The notes under the pieces are model-generated. The model saw nothing but the letters and a program-made list of their open reading frames with translations. It was not told the origin of the DNA and ran no database searches. A stretch of DNA of 64,000 nucleotides from a bacterium. GTDB lineage: Bacteria; UBA8248; JACPRG01; G963555815. The position numbers and the translations under genes were made by a program. Positions 20,925 to 30,625 of the stretch are shown in pieces. How positions within the stretch are numbered: the first letter of the stretch is position 1; each line of letters starts with the position of its first letter. The stretch is taken from assembly GCA_965218795.1 (NCBI GenBank), contig OZ244653.1, positions 2,144,001 to 2,208,000 of the forward strand. Direction: 5' to 3'.

Positions 20925-22124
20925 ATGAACGACCCAGCCTCCATGGCTTTGTTCCAGCCCGGACAGATCGGAAACGTCGAGACGAGAAACCGCTTCATCC
21001 GGTCCGCCACGTCGGAATCCATGGCCGACACCGAGGGCTTCATCACGCCCGCTTACCGCGACCTTCACCTCACACTGGCCCGGTCCGGCGTCGGCCTGCA
21101 ATTTACGGGACATATCTACGTCCATCCGCAGGGCCGGTATACGGCGGACATGACCGGACTTTCGCGGGATGAGCACGTCGAGCCCTTCAAGAGCCTCACG
21201 CGGGAGGTCCAGGCGGCAGGATCCAGGTTCTTCGCTCAGTTGAATCACGCAGGAAGCCAGAGCCGCGACCCCGCCGTGGATCCCATCGCGCCTTCCGTGA
21301 TCCCGAATCTTCAGCACGGCCGGACGCCTGAGGAGGCGACCGAAGAGCAGATCCGGGAGATCATCGACGCGTTCGGCCAAGCCGCGGGACGGGTGCGGGA
21401 AGCCGGGTTCGACGGCGTCCACCTGCACGCGGGTCACGGATACCTGTTGACCGAGTTCATGTCTCCCTACGCCAACCGGCGGGAGGACGACTGGGGCGGG
21501 CCGCTGGAAAACCGCCAGCGGCTCCTCCTGGAAGTCGTCCGGGCCATCCGGAACACCGTCGGCGCCGATTTTCCCTTCACCGTGAAGCTCGGCATGCGCG
21601 ACTTCGTCTCGGGCGGGGTCACTCTGGAGGAGGGCCTTGATACAGCGGCGAAGCTCGACCGGTTTGGGGTCGAGGCCATCGAGGTCTCGGCCGGCCTGAT
21701 CTCGGCCAAGATGGAGAGCGCCGCGTCGTATGCGGGCGTGACTCGAAGCCGCGCACTCCAGGACAAGCTCCTCCACCGTGTCTTCGCGAAACCCGTCCCC
21801 GAGGCGTACTTCCGGGAGGCGGCGCGGAAGCTCAGAGAGGTGGTGCGGTGCCCCATCATTCTCGTGGGCGGGATTCGGACGGTGGAGATGATGGAGTCTA
21901 TCGTGGCCGAAGGAATCGCCGACTTCGTCTCGATGGCCCGGCCCTTCATCCGGGAGCCGGACCTCGTGCGGAAAATCGAGCAGGGCAAGCGGGGACTGGT
22001 CGAGTGCACCTCCTGCAACATCTGCCTGATGCACGAAGGCTTCCACTCCCTCCGGTGCTGGAGAAAGAGCAACAAGGACCTCCTCGCCCACGCCTGGCAC
22101 CGGTTCACGGGCAAGCTTCACTGA
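20925..22124 (+). CDS. NADH:flavin oxidoreductase (old yellow enzyme family) with C-terminal Cys cluster
   Basis: NRFIRSATSE, QLNHAG, HAGHGYLL, NRREDDWGG, CTSCNIC...C. Confidence 0.9.
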   Translation: MNDPASMALFQPGQIGNVETRNRFIRSATSESMADTEGFITPAYRDLHLTLARSGVGLQFTGHIYVHPQGRYTADMTGLSRDEHVEPFKSLTREVQAAGSRFFAQLNHAGSQSRDPAVDPIAPSVIPNLQHGRTPEEATEEQIREIIDAFGQAAGRVREAGFDGVHLHAGHGYLLTEFMSPYANRREDDWGGPLENRQRLLLEVVRAIRNTVGADFPFTVKLGMRDFVSGGVTLEEGLDTAAKLDRFGVEAIEVSAGLISAKMESAASYAGVTRSRALQDKLLHRVFAKPVPEAYFREAARKLREVVRCPIILVGGIRTVEMMESIVAEGIADFVSMARPFIREPDLVRKIEQGKRGLVECTSCNICLMHEGFHSLRCWRKSNKDLLAHAWHRFTGKLH

Positions 22125-22398
22125 CTGAAGGATTTGGGAAATGATGGTGGTTTTTGCGAGTGGTTTCTCGATTCGAATCGGACAACGATCCTAAGATCGT
22201 TGAGGACTTTCCGGCTTGACCGGCTAGACCCCGGGAATGACAGCGTATTCGCTCAACCCAACGCTGGCCGTCATTGCGAATGAGGGTCTTCAGGCACTCG
22301 TGAGGAATCAGCTCGATCTGACAGCCGACCTGCTTTCCATCAAAAGACTGACAAAGGACATTCGGCAGTGATGGACGCTCGTATCGGAAAAAAGCGGC

Positions 22399-23910
22399 CT
22401 ATGCCTCCTCCCGGATGAAATCCGCAACACGCTCGCCGATCATCAGGGAAATGTTATTGGTCGGGGAGTGCGGGATGACGGGGATGATGGAGGCGTCGGC
22501 GACCCGGAGATTGTCCATCCCGTGCACGCGCAGCCGATCATCCACAACGGCCATCGGGTCGGAAGCGGGCCCCATCATACAGGTCCCCGCCGCGTGGTGG
22601 AAGCTGTCGTACGTTGTCCGCGCGTATCGTTCCCAATCGTCCTCGGGACCGGGTTGGATCAACGGGCCGTAATGCTCCTTCATCGGCTCGGTTTTCACCA
22701 GCTCCTCGATGAACTTCATCATCGTAACCATGGCCTCCATGTCATCGGGGTCCTCCATCATCCGGGGATCAATCCCCGGCGGCTGACGAGGGTCGGTGCC
22801 GTTCAGGTAGACCCGTCCGGGAGACCGGTGCTCGATCAGCCGAACCGTGATGGAGTTGATCTGTCCCAGTCCCTCCATCTCCGTGGGCGGCCGGAGGATG
22901 ACCTGAACGTTGGAAAACTCCATCCCCGGGTCGCTCTTCAGGTTCAGCATGACGCCGGGAACGATCCACTCTTCCCGGTGCGGCTTGGCGCCCTCGTACG
23001 ACATATAGACCACCGTGTGGTCCTGGAAATTCTCCCCCACCCCTTCGAGGGGGCAAACCACCGGAATTCCGTGTCTTTCCAACTCGGCAACCGGTCCGAT
23101 TCCCGACAACAGCAAAATCTTCGGAGAATGATACGCGCCCGCGCTCAAGATCACCCGGTCCCCTGACACGGTCGTGACCCGCCCGTCCTGTTCGTACCGG
23201 ACCCCGGTCGCGCGGGTCTCCTCCACGTCGAGGGAGTGAACGAGGGCGTCCGCCTCGATGGTCAGGTTTTCCCGCTCCCGGGCGGGACCGAGATAGGCCA
23301 CGGCCGCCGATTGGCGCATCCCGTCCTTGACGGCGTAGGCGGTGAGGGATACCCCATACGGGTTGGGAAGGTTCTGGTCGGCACAGAGCGGCAACCCCAT
23401 CTCCCGGGCCGCTTCGGTCACGGCGCGCTCCAGTCCCTCCATCGGCTGATCGAAGCAGAGACGGCGCTTGACGTAGACCGGCCCGCTGTCGCCGTGATAC
23501 GGGCTTTCCGGGTAGTCCTGGTCCGATTCGATGCGCCGGAAGACAGGGAGAACTTCCTTCCACGTCCAGCCCGCGATTCCCCGTTTCGTCCAGACCTCGA
23601 AGTCGCGCGGGATCGGGCGCACGATGGACATCATGTTGACCGAGGAGCCTCCGCCCATAACGTTTCCGGCCAGGGCCTGGAACACGGTGCCGTCGGCGTT
23701 GCGGGGGGTCGGGAGGAGCTCGATGTAGGGGCTTTCCAGCAGGAGGCGCGTGACGAGCGTCGCGTCGGCAACGACGTCCGGGATGGGCTGGGGATCCGGC
23801 GCCCTTTCGAGGAGCAGGACCTTCCGCGCGGGGTCTTCCGAAAGCCGCGCGGCCGCCACGCAGCCCGCCGAGCCGCCTCCAATGATGATCACGTCGTACC
23901 GGCCCGTCAT
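22399..23910 (-). CDS. GMC oxidoreductase (third in transcription order)
   Basis: GGGSAG, GGGSSVN, GENFQDH, SFHHAAGTC, LRVADASI. Confidence 0.93.
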   Translation of the reverse strand: MTGRYDVIIIGGGSAGCVAAARLSEDPARKVLLLERAPDPQPIPDVVADATLVTRLLLESPYIELLPTPRNADGTVFQALAGNVMGGGSSVNMMSIVRPIPRDFEVWTKRGIAGWTWKEVLPVFRRIESDQDYPESPYHGDSGPVYVKRRLCFDQPMEGLERAVTEAAREMGLPLCADQNLPNPYGVSLTAYAVKDGMRQSAAVAYLGPARERENLTIEADALVHSLDVEETRATGVRYEQDGRVTTVSGDRVILSAGAYHSPKILLLSGIGPVAELERHGIPVVCPLEGVGENFQDHTVVYMSYEGAKPHREEWIVPGVMLNLKSDPGMEFSNVQVILRPPTEMEGLGQINSITVRLIEHRSPGRVYLNGTDPRQPPGIDPRMMEDPDDMEAMVTMMKFIEELVKTEPMKEHYGPLIQPGPEDDWERYARTTYDSFHHAAGTCMMGPASDPMAVVDDRLRVHGMDNLRVADASIIPVIPHSPTNNISLMIGERVADFIREEA

Positions 23911-23941
23911 GGGTGTTCCTTTTGGGTTCCGTTGGCGGGAA

Positions 23942-25453
23942 TCAGCCGTCTTCTCTGACGAAATCCGCCAGACGCTCGCCGATCATCAGGGAAATATTGT
24001 TGGTCGGGGAGTGCGGGATGACGGGAATGATGGAGGCATCGGCGACCCGGAGATTGTCCATCCCGTGCACGCGCAGCCGATCATCCACAACGGCCATCGG
24101 GTCGGAAGCCGGACCCATCATGCACGTTCCCGCAGCGTGATGAAAACTGTCGTAGGTCGTCCGTGCGAAGTGCGCCCAATCCTCTCCCGGACCGGGATCG
24201 ATCCGCGCGCCATAATACTCCTTCATCGGCCCGGTTCCGGCCAGATCGTCGGCAAACTGCATCATCGAGACCATAGCGCCGAGGTCGTCCGGATGTTCCA
24301 GCATCCGGGGATCAATCTCCGGATGCTCACGAGGGTCCGCGCTCTTCAGCAATACGCGGCCTCGATTCCTCTGCTCGATCAGCCGGACCGCGAGACCGTT
24401 GATCTGGCTCAGACCTTCCATCCGGGTGGGGGGCCGAATGTTGACCTGAACATTGGAATACCCCAGGTCCGGGTCGCTCTTCAGGTTCAGCATGACGCCG
24501 GCTACGATCCAGTCTTCCTGGTGCTCCTTGGCCCCCTCGTACGACATGTAGACCACGGCGTGGTCCTGTAGATTTTCGCCGACCCCCTCCTTGGCGTGAA
24601 CCAGGGGGATCCCGTTCCGCTCCAGTTCGACCGGCGGCCCGATGCCCGACAACATCAGAATCTTGGGCGACTGATACACACCCGCGCTCAGGACAATCTG
24701 CTCCCCCGACACCGTTTCGATGGCCCCGTCCTTCTCGTACCGGACCCCTGTGACGCGAGGTCCTTCGATATCCAGCGAGTGGGCCCAGGCCCCCGAAACA
24801 ACCGTCAGATTGGGCTTGGACCGTGCGGGCTCCAGATAACCGACCACGACGGATTGTCGCTTCCCGTCCTTGACGCATCGCGCCGGGGTCGAGACCCCGT
24901 AGGGGTTCGGGACGTTCTGGTCAGGACAAAACGGGAGGCCCAAGAGTTGGGCGGTCTCCGTCAGCGCCCGTTCCAGTCCCGCCATCGGCCGGTCGAACTT
25001 GACCCGGCGACTGACGGACACCGGCCCGGAATTCCCGTGGTATGGGTGGTCGGGGTAATCCTGGTCCGACTCGATACGCCGGAAGACGGGAAGGACGTCC
25101 TCCCAGGTCCACCCGGAAACGCCGCGGCCCGTCCAGACCTCGAAATCGTGGGGAATCGGCCGGAGCCACTCCATCATATTGACCGAGGAGCCGCCCCCCA
25201 TGACCTGGCCGGCCAGCGACTGAAATACGCTTCCGTCAAGGTTCCGCGCGGTCGGTAGAAGCTCGATATAGGGAGATTCAAGCAGGATTCGAGAAGCCTG
25301 CCCGGCGTCCGCGATGACTTCCGGCAGGGGTTGGGGGTCCGGCGCCCGTTCGAGAAGCAGGACCTTCCGCGCGGGGTCTTCCGATAGCCGCGCGGCCGCC
25401 ACGCAACCCGCCGATCCGCCCCCAACCACGATGACGTCGTAGCGTTCCGTCAT
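23942..25453 (-). CDS. GMC oxidoreductase (second in transcription order)
   Basis: GGGSAG, GGGSSVN, GENLQDH, SFHHAAGTC. Confidence 0.93.
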   Translation of the reverse strand: MTERYDVIVVGGGSAGCVAAARLSEDPARKVLLLERAPDPQPLPEVIADAGQASRILLESPYIELLPTARNLDGSVFQSLAGQVMGGGSSVNMMEWLRPIPHDFEVWTGRGVSGWTWEDVLPVFRRIESDQDYPDHPYHGNSGPVSVSRRVKFDRPMAGLERALTETAQLLGLPFCPDQNVPNPYGVSTPARCVKDGKRQSVVVGYLEPARSKPNLTVVSGAWAHSLDIEGPRVTGVRYEKDGAIETVSGEQIVLSAGVYQSPKILMLSGIGPPVELERNGIPLVHAKEGVGENLQDHAVVYMSYEGAKEHQEDWIVAGVMLNLKSDPDLGYSNVQVNIRPPTRMEGLSQINGLAVRLIEQRNRGRVLLKSADPREHPEIDPRMLEHPDDLGAMVSMMQFADDLAGTGPMKEYYGARIDPGPGEDWAHFARTTYDSFHHAAGTCMMGPASDPMAVVDDRLRVHGMDNLRVADASIIPVIPHSPTNNISLMIGERLADFVREDG

Positions 25454-25484
25454 TTCTGAACGTTCCGGTCAAGAGAAGAGCGGA

Positions 25485-26999
25485 TCAGCCGTCCTCTTTG
25501 ACGAAATCCGAGAGACGCTCGCCGATCATCAAAGAGGTGTTGTTGGTGTGGGCGTGCACGATGACGGGCATGATCGAGGCGTCCCCGATCCGCAGGTTGG
25601 CCATCCCGTGCACCCGGAGCCGTTCATCGACGACTGTCCCGGGACTGGAGGACGGCCCCATCATGCAGGTGCCCACGCCGTGGTGGAAGCTGTCATAGGT
25701 GGAGCGGGCGTACTTCGGCCAGTCCTCGTTGGGGTCGGGCTGGAAGAGGTTGCCGTAGAACTCGGCCATGGGTTTCGATTTCGCGATTTGGTCGATGATT
25801 TCCATGCCCTTCACGATGGCCCTGATGTCGCCCGGGTCCTCCAGCATCTGCGGGTCGATGCCCGGCAGGTCCTTCGGATCGGTCGATTGGAGAAACACCC
25901 GGCCGCGGGTCCTCTGCTCCAGGAGATGCACGGAGATGGTGTTGATCTGTCCCAACTCCTCCATGGCCGCAGGCTGGCGGATGATGGCCTGCAGGTCGGA
26001 CACTTCAAGTCCCGGGTCGCTCTTGAAATTGTGCATAATGCCCGGAGCAATCCAGTCCTCGACATGGTCCTTTGCTCCCTCGTACTGCAGGAAGACGACG
26101 GCGTGGTCCTGGTGATTCCCGCCGACGCCCTCCAGCCCCTGCACCACCTGGATGCCGTGCCGCTCCAGCTCGGCGGAGGGGCCTATCCCCGACAACATGA
26201 GGATCTGAGGCGACCCGTAAGCGCCCGCGCACAGGCAGATCTGGTCACCCGAGACGGTCCCTGTCTCCCCGTCCTTCTCATACCTGACGCCGGTGACCCG
26301 GTCTCCCTCGATATCCAATCCGTGGACCAGGGCTTCGGCGATGATGGTGAGATTGGGCCGCCCCCGCGCCGGTCCCACAAAGGCCACCGCGGAGGATTGC
26401 CGCCGCCCGTCCTTCACGTTATAGGCGGTTCGGGATACACCGAAAGGATTCGGGAGATTCTGATCGTCGACCGTCGGGTACCCCAGCTCCGCGGCCCCGT
26501 CGATGAATGCCCGCTCCAGACCATCGGGACGGATCTCGTCGAACACATATCGGCGTTGAACGTACAGGGGGCCGCTGTTTCCGTGACTCGGATGATCGGG
26601 ATAATCCTGGTCCGACTCGATCCGTTTGTAGACGGGCAAAACTTTTCCCCAGGCCCATTCAGGGTTTCCGAACTCCACCCAGCGGTCGAAATCGGAAGGC
26701 TGGGCCCGGATGACGGTCATGAAATTGACGGACGATCCCCCGCCGAGAATCCGCCCCGCCAGCGCGTAAAAGACTCTTCCATCGATGTTTCGGGGCGCGG
26801 GCAGCATCTCGATGTAAGGGGACTCGAGCATGATACGGCCCACGTTCTGATGGTCGGCGATGATCTCCGGCAGCGGCTGTGGGTCCGGGCTGCGATCCAG
26901 GAGGAGGACGTTCCGGTCCGGGTCTTCGGATAGGCGCGCGGCGGCCACACATCCGGCCGAGCCGCCGCCCACGATGACGACGTCGTAATGTTCGGCCAT
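25485..26999 (-). CDS. GMC oxidoreductase (first in transcription order)
   Basis: GGGSAG, GRILGGGSSVN, NHQDH, SFHHGVGTC, HAHTNN. Confidence 0.93.
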   Translation of the reverse strand: MAEHYDVVIVGGGSAGCVAAARLSEDPDRNVLLLDRSPDPQPLPEIIADHQNVGRIMLESPYIEMLPAPRNIDGRVFYALAGRILGGGSSVNFMTVIRAQPSDFDRWVEFGNPEWAWGKVLPVYKRIESDQDYPDHPSHGNSGPLYVQRRYVFDEIRPDGLERAFIDGAAELGYPTVDDQNLPNPFGVSRTAYNVKDGRRQSSAVAFVGPARGRPNLTIIAEALVHGLDIEGDRVTGVRYEKDGETGTVSGDQICLCAGAYGSPQILMLSGIGPSAELERHGIQVVQGLEGVGGNHQDHAVVFLQYEGAKDHVEDWIAPGIMHNFKSDPGLEVSDLQAIIRQPAAMEELGQINTISVHLLEQRTRGRVFLQSTDPKDLPGIDPQMLEDPGDIRAIVKGMEIIDQIAKSKPMAEFYGNLFQPDPNEDWPKYARSTYDSFHHGVGTCMMGPSSSPGTVVDERLRVHGMANLRIGDASIMPVIVHAHTNNTSLMIGERLSDFVKEDG

Positions 27000-27011
27000 G
27001 GGGCTCCCCTT

Positions 27012-27458
27012 CTATGTCTCTTCCAGACGGCTCCGCAGCCGCTTGGCGAATTCTTTCAGCATGACTCCGGCCACGCCCCGAAGGATCATGTCCCCCACAA
27101 TGGCGATCCGGCCCTGGATGTCAGCATCGAAATGATGGCGCATGTGCGTTCCGTCCCCATCTTCGGCCAGCAAGAGGGAGATGGTCGCGTCGATCTTGCT
27201 CTTCGTAACGTCGTCTTGCCCATCCACCCGGACCTTCATCTCCGCGGGCGGCGCGCTCGCCACGATGCTGGCCGTAAAGCGGAACTTTCCCGAGATCGGG
27301 CCGACCTTGGCGCCGATGACCCCGTCGAAAGTCTCTTCGTCAAGCTGGTGGATTGCCTCCAGACCGGGCACGCAGGAGGAGAATGCCTGGATATCCATCA
27401 GGAAATCCCAGACCTTCCGCACGGGCGCATGGACGTCAACCTGTCCTTCGATAATCAC
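27012..27458 (-). CDS. CoxG-like SRPBCC-fold protein
   Basis: VWDFLMD...CVPGLE...KVGPISGKF...F...L pattern typical of CoxG. Confidence 0.85.
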   Translation of the reverse strand: MIIEGQVDVHAPVRKVWDFLMDIQAFSSCVPGLEAIHQLDEETFDGVIGAKVGPISGKFRFTASIVASAPPAEMKVRVDGQDDVTKSKIDATISLLLAEDGDGTHMRHHFDADIQGRIAIVGDMILRGVAGVMLKEFAKRLRSRLEET

Positions 27459-27491
27459 GGTTTCAATGTCCGATCACGGTTCCGGCCCCGG

Positions 27492-29129
27492 CTACCGGGG
27501 GATGACGGGCAGCATCAGGCGCGACCCGCCCTTCCCTTCGTGCACCGTGTTTTCCGCCTTGAGGGCCTTGGCCGCGTGATACCAGAAGAAGTTGTCCGCC
27601 ACGGAGTCGCAGCTCGACAACTCCAGCCTCACCCGGTGGCCGGGCTGAAACACGTTGCACGTCGGAATGATCTCGACGGCGAATTCCTCGGGCTGATTCG
27701 GCGTCAGCGAAATCTCGCGCAAATGGGTATGCCAGGGCTGCCAGGACTTGCTGCGCTCCGGATCGAGTTCCCGGTGGGAGGCGCGGAGCCAGCCCTTGGT
27801 CAGAACCTTCGCCGACCCGTCCGGGGCCTCGTCCATGAAGACCGCGAACCAGTCGGTGTCCTCGGCCGAGGAGTGCGCGACAAGATTCAGCACGATAGGC
27901 CCGGTGACCTCCAGGGGCTTGTCCATCGGCTCGGAGCGATACGTGAGGCGCGGGTTTCCATACCGGGCCTCCTCGCTGAGCGGGTCGTATTCGTAGACCC
28001 GCTCCCCGTCGCTTCCGGCAACCTCCGAGAGGGTCCCTTGCAGGCCGTCCGACGGGCCCCCCAGGTAGTAGTCCGTCCATTGTGTCCTCGCCAACGGCCA
28101 TTCGCTCTCCGACCGCCAGACGTCATCACCCTGGATGTAAAGCTGAATGGGCGGGCCTTCCATCACCCCCGTGTCCATTCCCTTGAGCCAATGGTCGTAC
28201 CAGCGCAGCGCCTCCAAGTGATAATTGGCGAACGGACGTCGGGGTTTGGGGGACGGACCCAGAAGCATTCGCTTGGGGGCATTCTGCACCGCTTCCCAGC
28301 CGCTGAACGCGCCCCGCAGGTGCAGGTTGTAGAACTGCCAGTCGCAGCCGAAGTACGTCGGGGTGTTGATCCGATCCAGGCGCGGCCAGGCCGACCGCTC
28401 CTGGTAATACTCGTGGTCGAGGGGGTACTTCAACCCCAGCGCGGTTTGGAAGTGATGATGAAAACCGGAGGGGTCCTTCAGTCGGCCTCCCCAGAAATTC
28501 AGGTAGGACATGTTGGCGAACCAGCCGCGCAGAAAACCGTCGGACGGTATTCCCCCATGGAAACAACTGTCCCGGTACATGTCCGTGGCGGCGTCGTATG
28601 GAAAGATGGCCTTCAGGCTGGGCGGCTGGTGTCGGCCGGCCACCATGATCTGGCTGCGCGCGTAATACGAGCAGCCGACCATCCCCACATTTCCGTCGCA
28701 CCAGGGCTGTGAAGCCGCCCACTCGATGGTCTCGAACAGGTCGTGCTGCTCCGTCGGCCCGCAGAAATCCCAGGCCCCGTCCGAGTCGTTCGAACCCCGG
28801 CAGTCCACGACCACGTGAACGTACCCCCGCGGCACCCAGAACTGCGTGATGCCCGCCTCGTTCTGACCGAGGGGGACGGACGTGTGCTGGAGCTGCCTCG
28901 AATAGCAGGACCAGGCGATGAGGGCCGGGAACTTCTCTCCCGGAGCATACGGCCGGAAGATGTCGGCGGCGAGCGAGATATCGTCGCGCATCCGAATCCG
29001 GATCCCTTCCTCCTCATAGATGCCGTAACGCGGGACGGACTGCTCGGGCGTGGCGGGCGTCTCATTAAAGGGATGCTGCGGCCATGCGGCGGGGAAAGCG
29101 GTTCGAATGCTGTCGGGATTGACGCGCAA
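27492..29129 (-). CDS. CocE/NonD-family serine hydrolase (peptidase S15)
   Basis: MRDDISLAADIFRP, DCRGS..SDG, QPWCDGNVGMVGCSYY, WYDHWLKG, GWLRASHR. No signal peptide seen. Confidence 0.92.
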   Translation of the reverse strand: MRVNPDSIRTAFPAAWPQHPFNETPATPEQSVPRYGIYEEEGIRIRMRDDISLAADIFRPYAPGEKFPALIAWSCYSRQLQHTSVPLGQNEAGITQFWVPRGYVHVVVDCRGSNDSDGAWDFCGPTEQHDLFETIEWAASQPWCDGNVGMVGCSYYARSQIMVAGRHQPPSLKAIFPYDAATDMYRDSCFHGGIPSDGFLRGWFANMSYLNFWGGRLKDPSGFHHHFQTALGLKYPLDHEYYQERSAWPRLDRINTPTYFGCDWQFYNLHLRGAFSGWEAVQNAPKRMLLGPSPKPRRPFANYHLEALRWYDHWLKGMDTGVMEGPPIQLYIQGDDVWRSESEWPLARTQWTDYYLGGPSDGLQGTLSEVAGSDGERVYEYDPLSEEARYGNPRLTYRSEPMDKPLEVTGPIVLNLVAHSSAEDTDWFAVFMDEAPDGSAKVLTKGWLRASHRELDPERSKSWQPWHTHLREISLTPNQPEEFAVEIIPTCNVFQPGHRVRLELSSCDSVADNFFWYHAAKALKAENTVHEGKGGSRLMLPVIPR

Positions 29130-29212
29130 GTCATCCTCTCCTCATCTGTGCGACATACCGTTTCGGGTCAGACCGAACGCAGCGGCGCAACGGCCTTTGG
29201 TTGGGACGCGGC

Positions 29213-30502
29213 CTACCGCGAAGCGATGGCGACGGCATCCATCTGGACGGAGCAGCCCCGAATCCAATGCGGGGGGCGAACGCCGCAGACCAAAGCCGCG
29301 GGCGGTTTCTTGGGAAACGCCGTCTGCCAAACGTCCAGGGAAGCGTCGAACCGGCTGAGATCGGTATAGAAATTCTGCGTCCAAACCACATCCTTCAGCG
29401 AGCTTCCCCCGGCCCGGCAGATCGCCTCCATGTTCTTAAGGATGTGCTCGGTTTCCCGCCTCCCGGCAGAGCCGAACCAGGGCATCTCGGAATGGACCGC
29501 CGCCCCGGGGGAGATCTCCATCTTTCCATCCGCGGCGAGAAGGCCGGACAGGAAAAGAAAGTCCCCCGCCCGCACGGCGTGGGGCTGATGACCTCCCGTG
29601 CCCGGAATCCCCTTGGCCTTGACGATTGTCTTCTTCGCGGCGCCGTCGTTCTTGACCGCAATCAGGTTGACCTCGATGCAGCAGTCCACGTCGGAGATCC
29701 GGCTGACGGGAATGATGGTCCGCGCGGGCGGCTCCTTCGGGAAGAGCTCCTCCCAGACCTCCTCGAATTCGTAATAGTCCTCCATATCCAGCAGCCAGAC
29801 GTCGGCCTTGACGACGTTTTCGAGCGAACTCCCCGCTTCTTCCAGGACCATCTGGAGGCGCTTCATGACGTAATCGGTCTGAAGCTTGATGGCCGAACCG
29901 TACCAGAAATCGGGATTCTTCCAGGCCTCGGCAGCCACACCGGTCTTGAAATCGCTTGCAATCTGGCCGGTCAGAAAGATGAAATCCCCCGCCGTCACCC
30001 CTTGCGGCCCTCCGGCGAAGGGTCCGCCCGGCGACTTCGGGATGCTTCCCATGTCGACGATCTCTTTGACCGTCTTGCCCTTCTCCGCAACGGCGATGCA
30101 CTCCAAACCGACCAGCGAGCCAGGCACCAGAAAATCCTCGACGGCCACATTCGTGCTGGCGGGCCGGATGGAGGGAGAAACGTAGTTTTTCCGGGTGTCC
30201 AGGTACGGGGAGGCGGCCTCCGGCCGCGTGACCAATTGATCGATCCGGACGCCGTAATCCAGCGATGACCCGGCCGCCTTCAGGATGGCCTGCGTGTTTC
30301 TGAGAATGTAATCCGACTGAATCTTGGCCAGGACGACGGGATTCGTGATTCCCCGGCTTTTTTTCTTGACCTCGGGCGCGAGTCCGGTCTTGTAATCTGT
30401 CGGGATCTGGCCGCCCACGAAGATGAAGTCGTCCGCCCGGACGGCGAGGGACCCCATGACGGGTGCCGGGACTTTGGGACATTGGATCACATCGCGACGC
30501 AT
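29213..30502 (-). CDS. Rid (RidA/YjgF/UK114) family protein with three tandem Rid domains
   Basis: Three ~140-aa repeats, each with (A/D)DF(I/L)F..G, (A/G)GSSL, PA and a terminal (I/V)A strand. Confidence 0.88.
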   Translation of the reverse strand: MRRDVIQCPKVPAPVMGSLAVRADDFIFVGGQIPTDYKTGLAPEVKKKSRGITNPVVLAKIQSDYILRNTQAILKAAGSSLDYGVRIDQLVTRPEAASPYLDTRKNYVSPSIRPASTNVAVEDFLVPGSLVGLECIAVAEKGKTVKEIVDMGSIPKSPGGPFAGGPQGVTAGDFIFLTGQIASDFKTGVAAEAWKNPDFWYGSAIKLQTDYVMKRLQMVLEEAGSSLENVVKADVWLLDMEDYYEFEEVWEELFPKEPPARTIIPVSRISDVDCCIEVNLIAVKNDGAAKKTIVKAKGIPGTGGHQPHAVRAGDFLFLSGLLAADGKMEISPGAAVHSEMPWFGSAGRRETEHILKNMEAICRAGGSSLKDVVWTQNFYTDLSRFDASLDVWQTAFPKKPPAALVCGVRPPHWIRGCSVQMDAVAIASR

Positions 30503-30625
30503 CTCATTCCTTTCTTTCCCGCGGGAGCGCCAAACCCCGAGACATTCGGAATTCGGGCCCTCCCGGCGACAGCCTTGAGCGGTCCGGACAGCCTGCGCAC
30601 GGGACGGGTCCCCGCGCCGATCGGT

